A stretch of DNA of 64,000 nucleotides from Rhizodiscina lignyota (Eukaryota), in NCBI GenBank assembly GCA_010015805.1, contig ML978133.1:62001-126000 (forward strand), written 5' to 3'. The notes beneath the pieces were generated by a model that saw nothing but the letters and a program-made list of their open reading frames with translations, was not told the DNA's origin and did not search any database. The translations under genes and the position numbers were made by a program. Shown here in pieces: positions 23,907 through 36,876 of this stretch. Every line of letters begins with the position of its first letter. Position 1 is the stretch's first letter.

Positions 23907-26082
23907 ATTGACCTTGCAGAATCGCTTCGGAGGATTTGCGATGTTCCCGCCTCCTGCGTGATGCATGAAAAATGCTCTATCTGAGGGCTTGGCACGTTGC
24001 GACGCCGCGTTGTTTCAACGCCTTAGGCCCACGCTTGCTCAGCACGCTGAGCTCTTTTGCACAAAGCTCGCCTTTCTCCCCTTCAATCTGTGCCCTTCTT
24101 TTTCGTGATCTTCGGCACCTTGCGGAGATGATTCAATGCGAGGTGGCAATGCGCATGGCAAACGCAACTTCGGAAGGGGAGCACAAACAACCAGCTTGAG
24201 GAGCAGTAATTTTCCGATCAATGGGGAGATTGAAGGCGACGGGCGGGCCGAGAGTGAAAGGATGCTGGCGTGGGGAATGCTTTTTGCGGGAAGATGCGTG
24301 TGTTGGGACGGCACTTGGTTGGCTGAGCGCAAACGAAAGGAAGAAACGAGGCGTCTGTGATGGATGCTGCCTCTTCACGCTCGTCACAACTTCGCAAGTC
24401 ACCTCTCTTGCCTCTGACGTTCAGGTCAGTGGCGATGGATCGATGATAAGATTCACTTTTTTCACACTTGCACGTCCATGGTCACCCCTTGCCGCAGTTG
24501 TGCTGCACAGAGACCTTGTCCATGACGAGCAAACTTTCGATTTTGAGGCTTCGATGATCTCCCCCGCATGCAGTAGTTTTACAGCTGCACCGTCAGTCAG
24601 CTCTTTTGAGTTTCGCACCTCTCTTTCAGGAAACTGAACCTTAACGGAACTCGATATCAGAGCAATCTCGAGCTTCACGATTCATATACCCCGTACATAA
24701 TACCAACACGAAGACCATTAATGATGTTCATTATAGGGGCCCTAGGGTCCAATACACGTGCGAGACACGCAAATCTCGCCGTCCCCCGCGTCCGATTGGC
24801 GGCAGGCTGGAAATGTTCCATTAGCTGCCAACCACCTTGCACAAAAACTCCGGAGCTGAGCCACGCATTCTGATCTCGGACGGAGCGAGGACCGGATTCA
24901 AACAATCAACGGCCGCGACCCGTGATGAGAGCCGTGATCTTCCCGACAAACGGTCTCCTTGAGTCCAATGCTGAAACTCTTCCACTTGGCTTTCAACAGC
25001 TGCCCTGCACGGGTCGAAGGGCTAGCAGCCGGGGACGAGGGTGCCTGACCCCATTAGTCCCGCTCTAAGCTGTTCGGGTGAAAGTGTCTCTAGCTCTATA
25101 CGGAGTAGTAGGGCAGTCCCTGCGGATTGCGGCGCTGTGATGGTCATGCATGGGTGGTGATCCCGGAAGCTCGCTGGGGCATGTCGGGGGCCCAGAAATG
25201 CAGCGCATGGGAAGTGATACAGCCGATCGCTTCCCTCTGGTCGTGAGCATTCGTGTTTCAGACGCGCGATTTGGAAGGCTTGCATGTTCGTGTGGTGAGA
25301 GGGTAGCACCGTGAGTTAGTCGTCGGCGCCGTTGTTCGCACTCTACGCCGACTTGCTGTCGGCTCCAGTCTTCACGCACGCTCGCAGCTCTGCGCTGCTG
25401 TGCCCCTGAGAAGATTAGGCTATGACATTGCATTGAGCTCTCATGATCTCTGCTCCTGCGCGTCGCAATCCGGCGGGGACGGACCCTTTGGGCGTAGCGG
25501 AGCAACCGTGCAGTGCGCCAGACGAGCCCTGGTCAGCGAGGGGCCGGGGTGCTTCCAGGGGAATTTCCTCTCATCAAGCCATGCTGGAGTGCGCCCAACC
25601 GAATGCTCGCCAGCAAGCCACATCCATCTCTGGTCTCCACTGCAGCCAGCATCTGCAGAAGCTCTGCCCGTGTGTCCCTTGCTGGTGCTGTGCGCGCTCT
25701 CGTTCTGCTGTACCGAACAAAGTCTCCTTCCCCTCCAGCTTCGTGACTTCCTCTTCTTCTCCGTCGACCCTTGCTTCTTCAAGGAGCCCGTCTTCCTCAA
25801 CTTCCATCACTGTTCTCCGGAGGAGCTTTTGTGTTTCGGCCAGCATTCGAAACCGGTCGACTGCAATTGAGCTTGGAATCCGACTTTTGGGCGAGCAAAC
25901 GGTCAATTTAAGCTTTCTTCACAGACAAACTCCCATGTCTGCCTCGTTCTAGAGCCCAATCGCTCTTGCCCGCTCTTCAGCTGTCAATCCTGCTTATATA
26001 CTACGCGGTCTTTGTCATTCTGATCTTTGCCTTCGTCTCGACTTTTCGAGTTGCAGGTCTCTACTCAAATATCAACATCATA

Positions 26083-29000
26083 ATGGCACCAACTCTCAGC
26101 CTTCGCTCTCGCGGGAACGAGCGCGAGAGGCCGTCGACTCGCGATCATCATGACAATCTTGTCATTCCCAGCAGGACTTCGTCTTTGCACTCGCGTATCA
26201 CGCAACCTCTGCCCTCGACGCTCAGCCTCAAGCCCGGAAATCGGACGCCAAAGACTCTTACTCATGCCTATATGGTATGTGGTGTTGGCCGAGAACCATC
26301 ACAATGGGTGAAGGCACCTCCACCATCACAGGGAAAGATTGGACACATGAAAGGTGCTGTGGGCCAATTTTGGTTGCCGGAGATTTTGGGAAGTAGCCCA
26401 AGGCTGGATCAGGACAATGAAATTGCGAGGTCATTGCACGCTGCTATGAGGGTATGTTCGAGAATTCCGGGGTGAAGAATGGTCAATTGACAGTTTATTA
26501 GGCGTGCTTCCCACACGATGTCGAAATCTGCACTGGACGGAACCAACCGCACTGCGTGCACCACTCATTCGTGCTTCAGCAAGATTCGGCCCACACTCTG
26601 TACGGAATTGCACTTCGCGTCTGGTCGCGTGCAGATGAGAAACGCGCAGAAACGATCCGCGATCTCAGGAAGAGGACTGAGTCCGACTTTTACGACAACG
26701 CTGACGAAACTTACTGGATCCCGTACTGCTTGAGTTTCCTCTCCCGGTATCCTCTTTACAATCTCCTTGGAGATTATCTCCGGGGCATGTGGATCCATTG
26801 GAACAAGGCTACCAACCTCTTTCACGCCGAGGAGGTTTCTCGCATTCTCAGCTTCCCAGCCCCAAGACTCAATGACCTCGTCCGCATCGACATGAAGGAC
26901 TATGCGTTATGCTACCAATTCCCTTCGTCACCCACCGGCTTCCAAAACTTCGCCATGTGGCCGCTCTTCTGCTGCTTGTCTATTCCCAACATTGTTGGCG
27001 TTCTTGAAGCAGCCGTCTCATCCACTCGCCGTATCATCTTCACCTCTCACTACCCGGCCATGCTTACAGTCGCATCAGAGACAGTTCGTTTCTGTGTCCG
27101 TGTGTACGAGTGGAGTGGCCTCTACGTCCCAGTCGTCCACGCCAGGCACGTCAAGGAGCTTGTCCAGGAGCCAGGCCCCTACATTCTCGGTGTCACTGCT
27201 GAGTGCCGAACTCTGTTCACTGCTCCAACGGATGCACTTGTTGTGGACTTGGATCGTAACTTTGTTCTTACTTCCAGCCCGCCTACTGCACTTTCGGCAG
27301 GCCAGAGAACGAAGATGATCAACCGTCTTACACAAGCTCTCAACGGCGAAGTGGCTCCATCTGGCGTGCCACAACATCTGCGATCCGCTTATGGTGGAGG
27401 AAAGCTTATTCCAGCTGGTCAGATCATTGTAATGCGTGGAGAAGTAGAGAGCATTCAGGATCCAGATTGGTGGAATCAGGACGCTGTTATGACTGTTATG
27501 GATCATGTCTGCGAGAAACTCGTAAGTTCACTGCTAATGGACAAAGTATGAGATTCTAACTATTTCATTAGGGCCGAAACACTGGCATGAAAGCAATTTT
27601 CGGAGGCTCTGTGAAGAAGCCTCTTATGACCAAGGTCAGCATGCGCCATCTCAACGAGATCGTGCGCGAGCGCAACCAATACAGTCGCGATGCTATGGAG
27701 GCATGGCAAGACTTCATCAACCTCAAGGGCCGCATGGACACCGAGCTCAGCAAGGTCACGAAGAGGAACAACTTCCTTGTCGAGGAGCTGGAGAGCTGGA
27801 AGCAGCAATTTCTCAAATTCCAGGCTTTTGCAGAGCAACTCACCAAGGAGACTCAAGAGCTCAAAGTCAAGATCGAGAATCACAAGCGGGAGAACAGGAG
27901 GCTCACCAGCCTCATCGACCAACAAAAGGACGACGCAGCCCGCCTCACTGTCCGTCTGTCTGGTACGGAGAAGCAGCGCGACGACGCACTCGAGGCACTC
28001 GTGTTGCAGCAGGAGATCGCAGAGGAGCTCGAACGGGAACGCAAGCGCAACAAGAAAGAGCTTGCTGCAATGCAGCACACCAACACTGCCATCATTCGCC
28101 AACGCGACGAAGCACAACGTGTGGTTCTCCATTTGCGTGCTCTCATCGATGGCCAGGCCCATCACATGGAACACATTGTCAAGAGTCTCAGCCAGGCACC
28201 CGAATTGTCAGAATACCTGGAGGAAGGCTTCGAAGATGTACTAGACGAAGAGGAGGAGCAGCAGCCAGCGCAGGAGCAGCACCTGTCGGAGAAACACAAA
28301 AAGAGCTTTGTCAAAGACAGTTCCTCTGAGATCGGCAAGATCTCCGGTGTTGGTGGCGTCAATTCTCGTGCCAACTCCCGTGCCAACTCTCGTGCCACTT
28401 CACGTGCACCATCGCGTGCCTTGTCGCGCGCAAGCACCATCGATGGCAAGCATATCGAAGGTGAAGATGTCTCGCCCGACATGGAGACACGTTTGCTGAA
28501 CTCGCCAGTGAGCCGGAAGCGCCTCAGCCAGCTCAGCATGGCTGACGTTGCCGACCGCCATCTGCGCGATAAGACCGATGCCATTGCGTACATCATCCGC
28601 AACATCAGCGAACAGTGTGCTGCCGCCGTTGAGGGTTTGCACCTTGCTCAGCGCGCAGACAGCGACGCTGGCGATGATGATAGAAGCCAAGCTGGCGACC
28701 GCGAGAAGGTTGTCCGTCACAGGCCGTCTCGTAGTGAGGATGTTGGTGCACCCAGCACTACCGGCGGAAGTGAGTTTGGTGGTGATGATAACGCGTCGGC
28801 TGCTGGCAGCTCTGTCGCCGGCTCCAGCGCCAGCTTCTTGCACCCAAGACACACTCGGGAAAGCAGCGTTCCCCCGACGCCAGATCTCGTCCACAACCGC
28901 AGCAGCACGAGCATGAGCATGGCGAGTGCCAGCACAACGCCCGAGCGCCATAGCGTGCAGACGTATAAGGAGGAGGTGCCGGACATGCCAATGAGGATTG

Positions 29001-29137
29001 TCGAGGACGAGAGTGAGAATGGACAGAGCATGCCGAACGGCTTCGATGGAACCGAAGACGATTTGCCAGTTGAGAGTCCAGTAAAGTATGCGTCTGGTGT
29101 GACGCAGCAGGCGAGAAGGTCGAATGTGAACACCTAA
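26083..29137 (+). CDS. DENN-domain protein (Rab GEF-like) with C-terminal coiled coil
   Basis: Introns 26452-26501 and 27522-27571 join three ORFs. The core has YWIPYCLSFLSRYP, RRIIFTSHYPAML, LYVPVV...EPGPYILG and LVVDLD, followed by a long heptad region. Confidence 0.85.
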
Positions 29138-30262
29138 AAGTGGTGTTGATGAAAGATTGATTCCCATATCCTCGTTTGTCACGTTGTTCCATCATCTCCT
29201 TGTATCGCCAGAGTTACCCCTTCCGCAATTGTTCCTTTTGCTCAAGGAGTTCGGTGGGCGCTAAAGGAGAACTCTCGACATTTCCGATTTTCTCTGACAT
29301 CTTCTGCTTCGACACCAAAACAGTATGGCTACGGCTGTGACTGAGGAATCGGGAGGCAAAAAAAGAAGCTTCAGACGAATACCTATGTTGTCGTGTGTCT
29401 CATGTGTTTCTTTGTTGATACTTTGACTTTTGTAATAGCCATTTTGTTGCGGAAAAGCTAGCTTATAAGGCGATTTTCAGATGCGGAATGCCCAAGCTCT
29501 CTTTGATATCCCCAGGTCAGATAGTTAGCGTAGTCTCTTAATGATCATAGTATATGTAAGATCCATCGCTACATCGGAACATACCCCGTCTCGGGACAAC
29601 ACCGTAGGCAATCGCTACTCATGCTCCGCTTTATTGGTCTATAGTTCTGTTCTATATGTGATGTCCCATGATTCTCCAGCGGTTTGCTCATAGTTAGTTT
29701 GCCCATCGCCTGATCTGATACCTGAGATTCACCCCATGCTGCATTGTAGGGATCGAAAGGTCTTTTAATTTCGGAGGTCTAATGGTGATTTTGATCCACT
29801 AGTGGAGTGTACTTGAATAGTGTCCACAGCGTTTTCTGCTTGGTCCGGATCAGCCTGTTCTTGGCGCTGCTAACCACCCCACACCAGGGCCACCTCGTCT
29901 GTTAAATACATAGAAGCCCGAGTTTGGCTTCTCAAATCTATCAGCGGCTAAACTTGCCATTCATAAATCAAAATGTTGCGACCACGTTTTCTCTTTTTAA
30001 TCCCATAGCCTATGAATGAACTTCAGCATGTTGCAGATGAGCTTGTACTCTGCTGCGTTCAGCCTTGCTGTCGCAGAGCCTCTTCAGCTTCCCGAAGGCA
30101 GCCTCGTCCATCTGTACTCTTGCACATAAGGTCTCCAGTAGATACCACGTCTTCTAGGGACCTATTTTCAACATCGACCACTTCGGAACATGGTCGGATT
30201 CTCCTGCGCGGGGATTTCTGCACTAGCCGACACATCTCGCAGTCGGACCAGAATATATTCTT

Positions 30263-30335
30263 CCTGAGCCTCGCGATAGTCCTCAGCCTCGCGATAGTCC
30301 TCAGCCTCACGATAGCCTCACGATAGCCTCTCGAA
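30263..30335. repeat. Imperfect tandem repeat (18-bp CCTCAGCCTCGCGATAGT x3 plus 11-bp subunits) directly before the NLR start codon
   Basis: Read directly from the sequence. Confidence 0.85.
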
Positions 30336-33300
30336 ATGCATCTCTTAGAAGTCTTTCCGAACGGAGAGTTCCGCCTAACCCCGAAATTCCTTGACGCGAT
30401 CCCTCGATATGCCATCCTCTCTCATACGTGGGGTCACGAGAGTCAAGAAGTTACCTACCAAGACATAGTCGAAGGTTCAGGCCAAGACAAGGACGGATAT
30501 AAGAAGATCAAATTCTGCGGCGAGCAAGCCACGAAGGATGACCTAAAATACATTTGGGTGGATAGTTGTTGCATCGACAAATTGAGTAGCGCAGTACTTT
30601 CGGAGTCCATCAACTCAATGTTCCGCTGGTACAAGAATGCGGCTAAGTGCTACGTGTACATGGCAGATGTCTCGACAAATAAAAGAAAATTGGGAGATGA
30701 GGACGCTCTGAAGACGTGGGAGCAGACGTTCAGGAAGAGCAGATGGTTCACTCGAGGCTGGACACTCCAAGAGCTTCTTGCGCCCACAATAGTCGAATTC
30801 TTCTCCTCAGACGGCAAAGAACTCGGGAGTAGAGAAACGCTAAAAGAGCAAATACATGAGATAACTGGAATCTCCTTTCAAGCACTTGAAGGAAGCCCCA
30901 TACATGTTCTTTCTGTTTCCGAGCGAAGGAGTTGGACTGAAGGTCGTGTAACCACACTTCCAGAGGATGGGGCATATTGCTTGATGGGCCTTTTTGACGT
31001 ATCAATGGCGACACGCTACGGCGAAGGCAGGGAGAAGGCCTTCGAACGACTTGACAACAAAATCAAAAAGGCAAACATGGCTTCTAACGATCAAAAACCG
31101 GCTGGAAATAGAGACGCCGCTGAAAAGAGAGAGGCTATTTCAAGATGGCTTTCTCCACCCGACCCATCAACCAACTACCAAAAAGGACTCCGGCTCCGGC
31201 AAGCTGACACTGGCTTGTGGTTCCTGGAGAGAGAACAGTACACAACATGGAGAGCAAGTCCTTCTTCCTTCATTTGGCTATATGGTATTCCGGGATGTGG
31301 CAAGACTGTCCTCAGCTCTACAGTAATTGAGGATGTTCTCCAGCATTGCGAAAATGATCCTGGCAAAGCGGCTGCATACTTCTACTTTGATTTCAATGAT
31401 CTTCAGAAGCAGTCATCTGAGCTCATGACCAAATCCCTAGTCACTCAGCTCTCCCAACAATGCATCAGGATACCCCCGCTATTGGACTCGCTCTTTAGTT
31501 CCTCCAACAATGGGCAACGGCAGCCATCCATTGAAGCTCTTCTAGATGCCTTGCGGCAGATGTCTGAAGAACTTCCAGCAACATATATCATCCTCGATGC
31601 GCTCGACGAGTGTGCTGACCGAGAAGAGCTCATGTCTACGATTGAGACCATCGCTAGTTGGCAGTTAGAGAGCCTACACGTCATAGTAACTAGTCGAAAA
31701 GAGCCAGATATTGAAAACTCGCTCGAGAGTTTCGTGGATACATGCAACATTATACCTCTACAGAGAACAGTCGTCGACGAAGATATCCGAAAGTATGTGC
31801 GCCACAGAATTTCAGTTGATAAGAAACTAAAGAAGTGGCGGAGCGGTGAGATGCAGAAGGAGATAGAGGTCGCATTAATGGAAGGAGCTCACGGAATGTA
31901 GGTATACAGTCTCATCTATTACAAGCAAGTAGACTGATAATATCCTAAGGTTCCGCTGGGCTGTATGCCAGCTTGACTCGCTGGGAAATTGTGTTAGCCG
32001 AGCAATGCTGCGAAAATCTCTCAGACGTCTTCCGCCTACTCTAGATGAGACGTACGAGCGAATCCTTTGCGCAATTCACGAGGATCACTCGACACAAGCC
32101 CTGCGCATCCTGCAATGGCTTGCCTTTTCTCTGAGACCTCTTTCTCTAGAAGAAATAGCTGAAGTGGTGGCAGTTGACCCTGAAAGTGTCCCTGCGCTTG
32201 ATGAGGATGAAATCCTTGAAGACCCCTTAGATGCACTAGATATATGCGCTAGCCTCGTTACTATTTCTTCACAGAATAACGGCGAACCAGAATACGAAAG
32301 CGACTACGAAAGCGACGACGAAACAGAAACAGACGCATCTGAAGCAAAAAGGGTGATCGCTTTAGCCCATTACTCTGTCAAAGAATACCTCACTTCAGAC
32401 CGCATCCGGGAGGGTCCCGCAAAGATATATAGTCTCCAAGAGAGTACTTCCCACGTATTCATCGCAAACTCCTGTATTGGATATCTTCTCCAGTTTCAGG
32501 ACGCGGAATCGTTCTGCACAGAGACAATAGAAACTCACAAACTAGCTGAATATTCAGCAGGACTCTGGATAGACCATACTCGCTCGTACGCTTCCGGGGA
32601 AGACTCGACTCAAAAGCTTGTCATGAAGCTGTTTTCAGTCAGAGACGGGGCGTTTCTTAATTGGATCCGCATATTCAATTTAGAATTCCCGTGGATGAAT
32701 AATGATATAGAACGGCAAGCAGACGACGTTGCATCGCCCTTGTACTATGCATCGCTAGCAGGGCTAATGGAAAGTGTCCGTTGTTTGCTTCGCGACGCCA
32801 ACCCCGACGCCAGCGCCGACGTCAATGCGCAGGGCGGAGAGTACGGTAACGCGCTCCAGGCGGCGTCGTACAACGGCTGCGAGGCGGCGGTGAAGCTACT
32901 GCTAGACTCGGGCGCCGACGTCAACGCGCAGGGCGGAGTGCACAGTAACGCGCTCCAGGCGGCGTCGTTTCGCGGCCATGAGGCGGTGGTGAAGCTGCTA
33001 CTAGACTCGGGCGCCGACGTCAACGCGCAGGGCGGATACTACNNNNNNNNNNNNNNNNNNNNNNNNNNNNNNNNNNNNNNNNNNNNNNNNNNNNNNNNNN
33101 NNNNNNNNNNNNNNNNNNNNNNNNNNNNNNNNNNNNNNNNNNNNNNNNNNNNNNNNNNNNNNNNNNNNNNNNNNNNNNNNNNNNNNNNNNNNNNNNNNNN
33201 NNNNNNNNNNNNNNNNNNNNNNNNNNNNNNNNNNNNNNNNNNNNNNNNNNNNNNNNNNNNNNNNNNNNNNNNNNNNNNNNNNNNNNNNNNNNNNNNNNNN

Positions 33301-33723
33301 NNNNNNNNNNNNNNNNNNNNNNNNNNNNNNNNNNNNNNNNNNNNNNNNNNNNNNNNNNNNNNNNNNNNNNNNNNNNNNNNNNNNNNNNNNNNNNNNNNNN
33401 NNNNNNNNNNNNNNNNNNNNNNNNNNNNNNNNNNNNNNNNNNNNNNNNNNNNNNNNNNNNNNNNNNNNNNNNNNNNNNNNNNNNNNNNNNNNNNNNNNNN
33501 NNNNNNNNNNNNNNNNNNNNNNNNNNNNNNNNNNNNNNNNNNNNNNNNNNNNNNNNNNNNNNNNNNNNNNNNNNNNNNNNNNAAGCTGCTACTAGACTCG
33601 GGCGCCGACGTCAACGCGCAGGGCGGATACTACAGCAACGCGCTCCAGGCGGCGTCGCGCAACGGCTACGGTGAGGTGATAGTGAAGCTGCTACTAGACG
33701 CAGGTGCTATACGTCAAGTATAA
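30336..33723 (+). CDS. Fungal NLR-like protein: HET domain, NACHT NTPase and ankyrin repeats
   Basis: HET motifs YAILSHTWG, WVDSCCIDK and SRWFTRGWTLQELLAP. Walker A GIPGCGKT and Walker B IILDALDEC. Intron 31898-31949 gives GMFRWAVCQLD. C-terminal 33-aa ADVNAQGG...NALQAAS repeats, interrupted by an N gap. Confidence 0.92.
32812..33705 (+). repeat. 99-bp near-identical ankyrin repeat array containing a 540-N assembly gap (33043-33582)
   Basis: GCGCCGACGTCAAYGCGCAGGGCGGA recurs with a 99-bp period before the gap and once more after it. Confidence 0.9.
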
Positions 33724-35130
33724 GCTTCGCGACCTGCCTCCCCTCCCACCTCCTTATTATACTTCCTTTCTTATATACCCGTTGGATACAGCTTCGTCGG
33801 CTGTGTATCTCCTAATAAAAAGCCGCGATTTCTAAAAATGGGCTGACAGATTTCGATTTGCAATAATAAGGACGATTCCTATTTTAGAAGCATTTCGACA
33901 TAGCGTAAAAAGTCTTTCATTGTATAGTTCTCCTAAACTTAAACTCGCAGCTGATTTGAATTGTCCGAGCGCATTTCTCGGCTCTCTACTTGTACGTTAA
34001 AGTTCCAGATTTCCAATCGCTCCTATCGAGAGGTGTCGTCAGTGATATTAGGCTTGCAACGTGACAATTGACGTGAGTTACTACACTCCAGAACTGTAAA
34101 TAGGTGTCATAATATCCAACTAGTCGTATTTAAACGTATCAAGCACATTGGTAGTATTACGTCCAGATTAAGATACGGCTTAGTGTGATTTTTAAAGAAG
34201 AGGGGGTGGGGGGACCAAACTATAAAAGAATTCTGCGCGCACGAAGTCAGAATCGCTTAGATTTAATGTACCTATAATTTGTCCCGTAACGGAGTGTGTC
34301 CCTCAACCTAGTAAGGTGTCTTATAAAGGACATGTACTGTTCGTAATCACGGTGAAGTCACTGCTATGACTAGACTGTGTCCCTGTTAATAGGTACCCAA
34401 GTTTGTCGTTGCTATAAGGCAAACTCCTTAAGATTAAGTTGTACCCTATGCCATTTAAAACTGTCTCTTTCGCATGCTTCTCCATATTAGGCCAATAGAT
34501 AATTGTGATTTTAGGCGTTTAAACGGCCAATTTTCTAAGGGCCTAGGGCGATCGTTACCTGTTCTTACAGCTTGATTAGAGTTATCATAGTATAAGGAGG
34601 CCTTGCCTTCGGGATGACCGACGAGTTTAATAGCAATAATCCCATTCGCCCATGTAATAATAGCAATGCACGGCTTGAACTGAGATTGTAAAAGGTGTGG
34701 ACATTCTCGAGGCTTGAAAACAGGCAAAACTCACACAATTTCAGCCAATAAGAGTATCTATCAATGTTGTTATTAGTAAACTAGAGCTTATAGAAACAAG
34801 TATGCAGGCTTTTTACTCAAAATCGCAAAGGCAACGAAAATTTCTGAGTTTAAGGTGCGATGAAATAGCCCCATCAGGTCTCGTCCCAGGTCCTGTTCCC
34901 GTCCCGTCAGCAACAACGGAGTGACGACTTGTCAACGCCTCCTACAATAATTAAATTATTTCAAACTTGGTGAGGCCGCAGTTCATAGATTTAAGAGTCG
35001 TATGCTAAAATCACAAAAAGAAACACTTCGCGAAGAGAAGGGGAACGATCCGTATCTGTCTTGTTGAATTCTAAAGTGATGCTAGATTGGTTTATAAAGA
35101 ATTAGCAGGGAACAGCCGACATAATCACAT

Positions 35131-35219
35131 GCCCCTGTAGCTCAGTTGGTAGAGCGCGACACTAGTAAGCTGTTTCAGCTGTAATGTCGAGGTCTTGGCT
35201 TCGACTGCCAACGGGGGCA
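35131..35219 (+). tRNA. tRNA-Thr(AGT) with a 16-nt intron
   Basis: Acceptor stem GCCCCTG/CGGGGGC, D-arm GCTC/GAGC, anticodon stem CGACA/TGTCG with AGT at 35164-35166, intron 35168-35183, T-arm TTGGC-TTCGACT-GCCAA and a downstream T-run Pol III terminator. Confidence 0.92.
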
Positions 35220-35858
35220 TATTCTTTTGCTTTTTTTTTTGTCCCACATCTTGGGCGAGTGCAAGATGTATGAAGCTTTGGGTGTTGCTATACTTTTTGC
35301 TCATACAATGCGCCTATTTGATCCAGCAGCTGAGCGCTTCTCTGAACCTCGTCGTGGTAGGTTCGCCCAAATGCATGCCTTGCCTCTCCGGTCGAGAAGA
35401 AAAGGTGAGAAGAATTTTTTATATTAAATTGATGAAGATGCGCCGCCAAATTTTTATTTTTTATTTTTTGGAGAATTATAGCATCTGAGATCGTTGTCGT
35501 GGTTGAGATGTTGCATAAGTCGCGCTTTCCATATCCTGCCATGTTGAAATCGCATAAGCCTTAGAGTATTTGCACAATATTTTCAAAGTCATACTATTAT
35601 TGTACACTCCAAATAATGTACAAGTGAGCTTTCAGAGACAGCCTCGCTTACTTTGAAGTGTAAGAGCCGCTCGAACTTAGGTGTTACAACTTGGCCAGCG
35701 GCTAACTGTTTGGTCACTCTGAGCCTGGAGAACTGACTGGCATCGCTCATTATGCTAAGCAGGAGCGCTACTTCGAATATCATGCCGCAAAGGTATAGTG
35801 AAGAACTCCCCAATGTTCTCCGTCCCAGCCAGTCGGTATAGTACACAAATATACACTT

Positions 35859-36638
35859 TCAACCCAACCGTCTCGGATTCGGGCTCCTCGTGCCTCCAAA
35901 TTTCAGTGTCGTAGTGTCCGTAACTCTGATAATCTTGCCTCTCAAAAATCTCCCCTCGTTCCCGAGTAAAGCCTTCGTCACTGCCTCTCTCCCCTTCCCA
36001 AACCCCTTGAACCGCACCTCCAGTCCTCGCTCGTCGATCATGGGCAGAATGTCCCTCTCCGAGATGGCGTTCATTACAAACGCTGTCAGCTGAAACGCTG
36101 CATCAAAGGTGCCCCGTTGCGCTTTTCTAAAGCCCAAGTTGCCCGTGGACAACATTATCGCCTTTCGCCGGTCGTGCGGCCCTCGCCGCTCCTCGGCAGG
36201 TGGGAATGGGCCTGTCAGGCAGAGATGCGTATTGTGCTTGTGGGTATAGATGTGTAGGACAAATGGTTCAGGGCGGTTGTAGTGAGATGAGACGAGGGAA
36301 GGGGCGAAGTTGAAGGCATTGTTGGAGCTCGAGGTAGAACCGAATATGCTCTCGACGTTGGTAAGCGAGGGCGAAGTATTCGTGCTTTCAGAGGCAAAGA
36401 GGCTCTCTAGAGACGTTGCCCCCATGGCCTGCTTCTGGACTTGCTCATTTGAGCGAGCCTGGAAGAGGCTTGGGGTTGTGTTTGGAGGAGATGATCGTCT
36501 ATTCGGAGGAGGGTCATCGGCGCGGAGTCGAGGGGAGGTGGTGAATGCTCGCCGCGTCGCATCTTGCGGCAGGAGCTTGTTTCGACATGACTGGCATATG
36601 CTGGAAGAGAACAGACGTTTCAATGGCTGCGAATTCAT
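35859..36638 (-). CDS. Mitochondrial ribosomal protein uS11m (yeast MRPS18-like)
   Basis: Basic presequence, HIYTHKHNTHLCLT, STGNLGFRKAQRGTFDAAFQL, KGFGKGREA and D.T.LKFGGTRSPNPRRLG. Confidence 0.9.
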   Translation of the reverse strand: MNSQPLKRLFSSSICQSCRNKLLPQDATRRAFTTSPRLRADDPPPNRRSSPPNTTPSLFQARSNEQVQKQAMGATSLESLFASESTNTSPSLTNVESIFGSTSSSNNAFNFAPSLVSSHYNRPEPFVLHIYTHKHNTHLCLTGPFPPAEERRGPHDRRKAIMLSTGNLGFRKAQRGTFDAAFQLTAFVMNAISERDILPMIDERGLEVRFKGFGKGREAVTKALLGNEGRFLRGKIIRVTDTTTLKFGGTRSPNPRRLG

Positions 36639-36876
36639 TGTCGTCGCGCAGTTGAAGGCAAGCTTCAGCTACCAACCGTGGCGCTGGAACTTTTTGAGTC
36701 GTCCGGGAAGTTCCGCATGGAAAGACGCTTCTTAGAGCTCGGCATGGATGAGCAGTCCGATACTTTTCGCGCGGCCACCCGACCCAAAACTCAATTCCTC
36801 TCTCTTTTGCTCACCCCGAAAGCGTCGTATTCCCAGTTACGAGACGGATTTCGAGAGAATCATTGTTCGAGTGGGC

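Noticed and set aside
23972..26082. Many overlapping ORFs upstream of the DENN gene
   Set aside because: GC-rich promoter and 5'UTR sequence with no recognisable domain or coherent splice model.
28361..28432. 12-bp repeat (xSRA x6) in the DENN gene and GAAN repeats in THR4
   Set aside because: Ordinary low-complexity expansions in disordered protein regions.
31060..31130. Amyloid signalling motif (HET-s/sigma/PP type) in or next to the NLR
   Set aside because: The linker has no G/N/Q pseudo-repeats, the NLR already carries an integrated HET effector domain, and no adjacent HeLo or gasdermin gene is seen.
33039..33614. 191-aa minus-strand ORF over the gap
   Set aside because: Artifact of translating N bases.
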